From assembly GCA_036676805.1 (NCBI GenBank), contig JAKFCD010000083.1:1211-65210 (forward strand): a stretch of DNA of 64,000 bases. Reading direction: 5' to 3'. The notes under the pieces were generated by a model. That model was not told the DNA's origin, ran no database searches, and was given only the letters and a program-made list of their open reading frames with translations. Source of the DNA: Elusimicrobiota bacterium (GTDB taxonomy: Bacteria > Elusimicrobiota > Elusimicrobia > UBA1565 > UBA9628). Shown here one piece after another: positions 58,696 to 64,000 of this stretch; the stretch's first letter is position 1, and each line of letters opens with the position of its first letter. Made by a program: the position numbers and the translations under genes.

Positions 58696-59223
58696 ATGAA
58701 CACCAAGAAGACGACTTTCCTCTCCACTCTCGCTTTGATCCTCGCGACCTCGGCCTCGGCCCAGGTGACGTCGATCCTCCCCGGCGGCCGCGGCAACCTC
58801 TACATCGGCACCCCGATGAACCTTCCCGGCCCGGCGGCCAACATCGTCATCAGCCCGCGCATCAACCTGCCCGCGCCCCTGCTGACCCCGGTCTCCCCGC
58901 TCATGCTCGCCCCCGTCCCGGCGTCCATGATGGAAGCCGCCCCGGTCCGCCCCCTCGCCCTTCCCATCGCCGTGGTCGCGCTGGACCGCGCCGCCGCGCA
59001 GCGCGAGAACGTCGCGAGCTCCAACCGCGCCCTGCGCGCCAAGCTCTCCGCCCCGGCCCAGGGCGACGCGCCCGTCACGCCCAAGGAGATCGCCGCCGAG
59101 CGCGAGAAGCTCGAGAACCTCTTCGACGGCCGCCGCCGGCCCGCTGAGAAGTCTCCCGTGCGCTCCGACCGCCACCAGAGCCTTCCCGAACAGGACCTCG
59201 AAAGCGAGATCGGCGCCTACTAA
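58696..59223 (+). CDS. Secreted hypothetical protein made almost entirely of the Pro/Ala leader and LFDG motif
   Basis: Signal peptide ending ASA-Q; TATACT 9 nt upstream; KLENLFDG. Confidence 0.75.
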   Translation: MNTKKTTFLSTLALILATSASAQVTSILPGGRGNLYIGTPMNLPGPAANIVISPRINLPAPLLTPVSPLMLAPVPASMMEAAPVRPLALPIAVVALDRAAAQRENVASSNRALRAKLSAPAQGDAPVTPKEIAAEREKLENLFDGRRRPAEKSPVRSDRHQSLPEQDLESEIGAY

Positions 59224-59232
59224 TCCGCTCCC

Positions 59233-59261
59233 TTGAATTCGAACTGACGTTCGAATATACT
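59233..59261 (+). promoter_or_regulatory. SOS promoter with a LexA box (GAAC-N4-GTTC) in the spacer
   Basis: TTGAAT-17 nt-TATACT; palindrome ATTCGAAC-TGAC-GTTCGAAT at 59237-59256, upstream of umuDC. Confidence 0.85.
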
Positions 59262-59266
59262 AGGGC

Positions 59267-59557
59267 ATGTTCGTCGCCAGCGAGGACTATAACGACGTCG
59301 GGCTGAGGCTCGACGACCGGCTGATCAAGCGTCCGGCCGCGACCTTCTTCCTGCGCGCGACGGGCTCGGCGCCCGACGCCGACATCAAGGACGGCGACCT
59401 CCTGATCGTCGACCGCGCCGAACCGCCGGCCGCGGGGCGCGTCGTCGCGGCCGTCGTGCGCGGGGAGCTGCTGGTCCGGCGGCTGCCTCCGGGCTGGCGC
59501 GAGGACGACGGCCTCGAAATCTGGGGCGTGGTCCTCCACCTCGTGCGCGCGCCGTGA
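59267..59557 (+). CDS. umuD: Truncated UmuD'-like S24 fold protein
   Basis: EDY..LDDRLIKRPAATFFLRATG, IKDGDLLIVDR and EIWGVV; coupled to umuC. Confidence 0.85.
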   Translation: MFVASEDYNDVGLRLDDRLIKRPAATFFLRATGSAPDADIKDGDLLIVDRAEPPAAGRVVAAVVRGELLVRRLPPGWREDDGLEIWGVVLHLVRAP

Positions 59558-60807
59558 CGGCCGTCTTCGCGCTCGTCGACTGCAACAACTTCTTCGTCTC
59601 CTGCGAGCGCGCCTTCCGCCCCGAGCTCGAGGGACGTGCGGTCATCGTGCTGTCCAACAACGACGGCTGCGTGATCTCGCGCTCGGAGGAGGCCAAGGCC
59701 CTGGGCGTCGGCATGGCCGCGCCCTTCTTCGAGATCCGCGCGCTCGTCGCCGAGCATAAGATCGTCTCGCTGTCGGCCAATCACGAGCTGTACGTGGACA
59801 TGTCGCGCCGCGTTTCAGCGGTTTTATCCCGCCACGCGCCGGTCGTCGAGAACTACTCGATCGACGAGTCCTTTTTGACTTTTCCCCAAAACGACGATCG
59901 CCTCGAGCCGCGCGCCCACGCGCTGCGCGCGGAAGTGCGGCGCTGGACCGGCCTGCCCGTCGCCGTCGGCCTGGGGCCGACGAAGGCCCTGGCCAAGCTC
60001 GGCTCCGACAAGGCCAAGAAATGCGGCGGCGTCCTGTCCTTGCTCGACCCGATTATAAGGGAGCGGGCGCTCGACGAAACGCCGGTGACTTTTATCTGGG
60101 GCATCGCCAAGCGCTCCGCCCTGCGCCTGGCGCCCTACGGCGTGCGCACCGCCGGGGACTTCGTCCGGCTGCGCGATGCGGTGATCCAAAAAACGCTCGG
60201 CATCGGCGGCCTCAAGCTCGCCCACGAGCTGCGCGGGATCTCCTGCCTGAGCTTGGCCGGCGCGCCCCCCGAGCGCCAGTCGGTGACGGTCTCGCGTTCC
60301 TTCGGCAAGCCGGTGTACTCCCTCGAGGCCCTGCAGTCGGCGCTTGGCGCCTTCGCCGCCCGCGCCGCCGAGCGCGCGCGGCGCCACGGCCTGCGCGCCG
60401 GCGAGCTCGGCGTGCACTTCGGCTGGCGCGAGGACGACCGCCCCGTGCTGGACGGCGACTCGACTAGGCTCGCCCCCACCAACGACACGCCGGCCTTGAT
60501 CCGCGCGGCCAAAGCGCTCGCCGAAAAATTATTCGTGGAGGGCCGCGCCTACAAGAAGGCGGGCATCGTGCTGGGCGGCCTCGAGCCCGCGGACGCCTCG
60601 CAGAGAGAGTTCTTCGACGACGGCAGCGCCGCGCGCTCTTCGCGCCTGTCGAAAACGGTGGACCGGCTCAACGCCTCCCTCGGCGCGGGGGCGCTGCGCT
60701 ACGGCGGCGAGAAGGGCTCGACGGCGTGGGGGTCCCGCTGCGAGAGCCAATCGCCGTGCTGGACGACGAGGTGGGAGGACCTAAAGACCGTTCGTGCGGC
60801 GTTGTGA
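59554..60807 (+). CDS. umuC: Y-family DNA polymerase V subunit
   Basis: FALVDCNNFFVSCE, VLSNNDGC, YSIDESF, and C-terminal SPCWTTRWEDL. Confidence 0.95.
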   Translation: MTAVFALVDCNNFFVSCERAFRPELEGRAVIVLSNNDGCVISRSEEAKALGVGMAAPFFEIRALVAEHKIVSLSANHELYVDMSRRVSAVLSRHAPVVENYSIDESFLTFPQNDDRLEPRAHALRAEVRRWTGLPVAVGLGPTKALAKLGSDKAKKCGGVLSLLDPIIRERALDETPVTFIWGIAKRSALRLAPYGVRTAGDFVRLRDAVIQKTLGIGGLKLAHELRGISCLSLAGAPPERQSVTVSRSFGKPVYSLEALQSALGAFAARAAERARRHGLRAGELGVHFGWREDDRPVLDGDSTRLAPTNDTPALIRAAKALAEKLFVEGRAYKKAGIVLGGLEPADASQREFFDDGSAARSSRLSKTVDRLNASLGAGALRYGGEKGSTAWGSRCESQSPCWTTRWEDLKTVRAAL

Positions 60808-60981
60808 GCGCCCGTAGCGCACGGCGTCCCGGGGCGCCTCGCGGCGCACGATCAGAGCGGCGGCGGTGAGGAGCATCAGGCCCGCGAGCCCCAGGAACAG
60901 GCAGAACATCGTGCCCTCGCTGCACGGCAGACCCGGGTTGCTTCCTCTGCCGGCGACCGCGGCGACCATCATGTAGTTCAT
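60781..60981 (-). CDS. Small single-TM hypothetical protein
   Basis: SD GGAG, upstream CATAAT, one hydrophobic helix. Confidence 0.5.
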   Translation of the reverse strand: MNYMMVAAVAGRGSNPGLPCSEGTMFCLFLGLAGLMLLTAAALIVRREAPRDAVRYGRSQRRTNGL

Positions 60982-61097
60982 CTCGGTGTACTCCAGTCGG
61001 AGGGGCCGACAGGAGGATTATGACCGAGCCCTGTTACGACGAGATTTCAGGAAATCGTAACTAGGGTCACTTCTACCGGCGACGACATCAATCGGGG

Positions 61098-63104
61098 CTA
61101 CCGACGGCGGCGCTTTTGCCAGGGAGAGGGCTTGGCGGGCTTGTGCTTGTTCTGCCAGGGGGTGACGCGGATCTGATTGGGCAAAGAGTCCTTGACGGGC
61201 TCGAGCTCGATGCGTCCCAGGGCCTCATCTACGCCGGTGAGCTTCACCTTGAGCTTCTGGCCGATGGTGGCGTTGGCGCCGCGCCAGAGGCCGGTGGCAC
61301 CCGACTCGGGCAGGGACACGAAGGCGCCGGACGGGGTCACGTTGATGACGACGCCGTCGAAGATCTCGCCCACGGAGCGGCCCAGTATCGCGGCGCGCGC
61401 CATATCCACGGCCTTGCGCTCGGCCTCGGCGGCGCCGCGCTCGCGCTCGGAGCAGTGCACCGCAAGCCCCTCGAGATCCAAGCCGTGAACGTGGCTGGTT
61501 TTATCTCCCTTGAGCAGGCCTTTGACCGCGCGATGCACGACGAGATCAGGATATCGGCGAATCGGGGAAGTGAAGTGGCAGTAGTCCTTGGACGCCAGGC
61601 CGAAGTGGCCGCCCGCTTCCGAAGAATACCGGGCCTGCTTCAGGCTGCGGATGACCTGGATGTTGGCGGTCTCCTCGAAGGGATGGCCGACGGCGGCGGC
61701 GAGCAGGCTTTGCAGCCCCTCGACGGGGTGCGCGACGAGCGAGGTCTTGGCCATGATGCCGAGCTGTCCCATCTCCTCCTGCAGCGCCTGCAGGCGCGCG
61801 GGGTCGGGCGTCTCGTGGAGGCGGCGCATGAAGGGCGTCTTGTGCTTGGACAGCTGCCGGGCGACGGCCTCGTTGGCCGCGACCATGAACTCCTCGATCA
61901 AGCGATGGCTGTCGAGGCGCGGGCGCTTCAGTACGATCAGCGGCAGGCCCTGCTCGTCCATCTTAACGTAGTACTCGGTCGTCAAGAAGTCGAGGGCGCC
62001 GCGGCGCATGCGGACCTTGGTGAGCATCTTGGCGAGCGTCGCCATCTTCAAGACCACGGCCTTGACCTCGGGCGTCACGCGCTCGACGGGCTTGCCGTCG
62101 ACGACGTCCTGCACCTCTTCGTACGTGAAGCGCCGGCAGGAGCGGATGACGGTCTCCTCGAGCTCGACCTTGCCCGGCGCGCCGTGCTGGTCCAGCTCGA
62201 GCCAGCACGTCACGGTCAGGCGCGGCACGTCGGGACGCAGCGAGCAGAGATGATCGGAGAGCTTGGGCGGCAGCATCGGGATGACGCGGCCGGGCAGGTA
62301 CACGCTGGTGGCGCGCTTGACCGCCTCGGCGTCGACGGCCGAGCCGCGCTTGACGTACTCGGCCACAGCGGCGATGTGCACGCCCAGGCGCCAGCGGCCG
62401 CCGGGAAGCTCCTCTAAAGACACGGCGTCGTCGAAGTCCTTAGCGTCGGCGCCGTCGATGGTGAACACGGGGAGGTGGAACAGCTCCTTGCGCCCGGCCC
62501 ACTGCTCGGGCGTGGGGTCGAGGCCCATCTTCTCGGCCTCGCTCTCGACCGCCTTGGGGAAGGCGGTGTCGATCTCCTTGGAGGCCAAGGTGGCGGAGAG
62601 GCGCACCGAGGGCTCGGAGGCCTTGCCGAGGATCTTGGTGACCGTGCCGCCGGCGACGACGGTGGGCGTGGGCCAGCGCTCGATCTTGATCGCGACGAGC
62701 ACGCCCGCCTCGGGCTCGCCGGCGCCGGGCGCGAAGCCGAGCGCGACGATGGCCTGAGCCTCGTCGGAGCCCTCGGGCACGACGGCCCAATATTTCCCGG
62801 CCTTGCGCAGGAAGCCGATCGCGGTGGTGCGCGCGCGCGTGAGGACCGACACGATCTCGCCCATGCGCTTGCCGTTGCGCTCGCCGCCGAGACGGACCTT
62901 GACGCGGTCGCCGTCCATGGCCAGGCTCAAGGTCGGTCCGCTGACGTACGCGTCGGCCGTGCCGGCGACCTCGGAGATCAGGAAGCCGAAGCGCCCCTTG
63001 TGCTGGAGCTTGCCCTCGAGGAACTGCCCGCCCCCGGAGCCCTGCCCGCCGCCCCGGTTGCCCCCCTTCCTGCTCTGATGCCCGCCGCGTCCTCGTCCTC
63101 TCAT
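61098..63104 (-). CDS. rnr: Ribonuclease R (RNB family)
   Basis: TIDGADAKDFDDA, CSLRP, HRLIEEFM, HFTSPIRRYPD and S1 domain; start corrected to MRGRG. Confidence 0.95.
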   Translation of the reverse strand: MRGRGRGGHQSRKGGNRGGGQGSGGGQFLEGKLQHKGRFGFLISEVAGTADAYVSGPTLSLAMDGDRVKVRLGGERNGKRMGEIVSVLTRARTTAIGFLRKAGKYWAVVPEGSDEAQAIVALGFAPGAGEPEAGVLVAIKIERWPTPTVVAGGTVTKILGKASEPSVRLSATLASKEIDTAFPKAVESEAEKMGLDPTPEQWAGRKELFHLPVFTIDGADAKDFDDAVSLEELPGGRWRLGVHIAAVAEYVKRGSAVDAEAVKRATSVYLPGRVIPMLPPKLSDHLCSLRPDVPRLTVTCWLELDQHGAPGKVELEETVIRSCRRFTYEEVQDVVDGKPVERVTPEVKAVVLKMATLAKMLTKVRMRRGALDFLTTEYYVKMDEQGLPLIVLKRPRLDSHRLIEEFMVAANEAVARQLSKHKTPFMRRLHETPDPARLQALQEEMGQLGIMAKTSLVAHPVEGLQSLLAAAVGHPFEETANIQVIRSLKQARYSSEAGGHFGLASKDYCHFTSPIRRYPDLVVHRAVKGLLKGDKTSHVHGLDLEGLAVHCSERERGAAEAERKAVDMARAAILGRSVGEIFDGVVINVTPSGAFVSLPESGATGLWRGANATIGQKLKVKLTGVDEALGRIELEPVKDSLPNQIRVTPWQNKHKPAKPSPWQKRRRR

Positions 63105-63138
63105 GCCCTCATTATGGCATTTACGGTCGAACGACCTC

Positions 63139-63151
63139 GGGGTCAGACCCC
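63139..63151. repeat. Minimal REP-like palindrome
   Basis: GGGGTCAGACCCC immediately after the pirin stop codon; shares the family terminus. Confidence 0.6.
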
Positions 63152-63877
63152 TCAATGCACCTCGGTCTGCCAGATGAGGACTTCGGAGCCTTGAGGGCCG
63201 GCGGTCCAGGCGGGGGAGCCGGCGCGCACGAGGCGGGCGGCGTCGCCCTGGTTCAGGTCGCCGGCGCCGGCGAGCGTGCCGGAGCCCTTGGCGACGAACA
63301 GGTGGACGTGCGAGGCCTCAGGGACCTTGACCGTCTTGCCCGGGGCCAGGCGGCCGACCCACAAGGTCGCATCCTTCTGCTTGATGCGGATGGCGGCCAC
63401 GTCCTTGTCGCCGGAGGCGAGTGCGACGAGCCCGCCCTTGGCCAGCTCCGAGGTGATGTCGAGCTGCTCGTAGCCGGGCGTGATCCGGTCCGTGTCCGGC
63501 GGCACCCACATCTGCACGAGGTGCGCGCGCGTCTCGTTGCGGGAGTTCATCTCCGAGTGGTAGATGCCCGTGCCGGCGCTCATGCGCTGGGCCAGGCCGG
63601 GGTAGATGATTCCCGCGTTGCCCATGGAGTCCTTGTGCTCGACCTCGCCCTCGAGCATCCAGGTCACGATCTCCATGTCCTGGTGCGGGTGAGTGGAGAA
63701 GCCCTTCATCGGCTCGATATAGTCCTCGTTGTTGACGAGGAGCAGGCCATGATGGGTGTTCGCCGGGTCGTAATGGCTCCCGAAGCTGAAGCTGTGACGC
63801 CCGTTCAGCCAGGAGATCCGGGTGTGGAAGCGGTCTCCCGCCTTCCTGACCTCGATGTAGCCTTCGTTGGTGTTCAT
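63152..63877 (-). CDS. Pirin family protein (YhhW-like)
   Basis: HSFSFG, THPHQDMEIVT, HKDSMGN and MSAGTGIYHSE. Confidence 0.95.
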   Translation of the reverse strand: MNTNEGYIEVRKAGDRFHTRISWLNGRHSFSFGSHYDPANTHHGLLLVNNEDYIEPMKGFSTHPHQDMEIVTWMLEGEVEHKDSMGNAGIIYPGLAQRMSAGTGIYHSEMNSRNETRAHLVQMWVPPDTDRITPGYEQLDITSELAKGGLVALASGDKDVAAIRIKQKDATLWVGRLAPGKTVKVPEASHVHLFVAKGSGTLAGAGDLNQGDAARLVRAGSPAWTAGPQGSEVLIWQTEVH

Positions 63878-63887
63878 ACCGCCTCCT

Positions 63888-64000
63888 TTAGCCCTGCGCC
63901 TTGCCGAGTTTGCGGCACAGCCGCCGCAGCTCCTCCTGCTCGCCCGGCGTCAGCACGCCGAACGACCTTTCGATGACCCTCGCGTGGCGCGGAAACATCC
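63888..64000 (-). CDS. C-terminal fragment of a MarR family regulator (partial)
   Basis: ..FPRHARVIERSFGVLTPGEQEELRRLCRKLG.. is a typical MarR C-terminal helix; directly upstream of pirin. Confidence 0.7.
   Translation of the reverse strand, partial: MFPRHARVIERSFGVLTPGEQEELRRLCRKLGKAQG

Overview
GC-rich bacterial chromosome segment, densely coding, with no rRNA, tRNA, CRISPR array, transposase or integrase. Gene content suggests a diderm organism, possibly Elusimicrobiota-like (inference, not proven). Housekeeping genes: a stand-alone rplK-rplA operon with an L1 autoregulatory RNA, prfB without a frameshift, lnt, secA, hom-thrC-thrB-lysC, proC, rnd, rlmN, hemE-hemG, an LplT-Aas fusion, prc, thpR, dtd, umuDC, rnr and pirin. 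Most notable observations: (1) a bacterial histone-fold gene; (2) unrelated proteins (CPBP protease, MFS transporter, double kinase, HEXXH peptidase, one leader-only protein) with a signal peptide plus Ala/Pro-rich leader, in three cases ending in an LF[DE][GQ] motif; (3) an ExbB/ExbD/TonB operon headed by a duplicated HEAT lipoprotein with an internal TonB-box-like motif and no receptor; (4) a one-gene insertion flanked by a duplicated thpR 3' end; (5) a 'pre-cleaved' UmuD'-like gene under a GAAC-N4-GTTC LexA box; (6) widespread leaderless promoter architecture; (7) two families of intergenic palindromic repeats. Several start codons were corrected relative to the ORF track. All family assignments come from motif recognition by eye.
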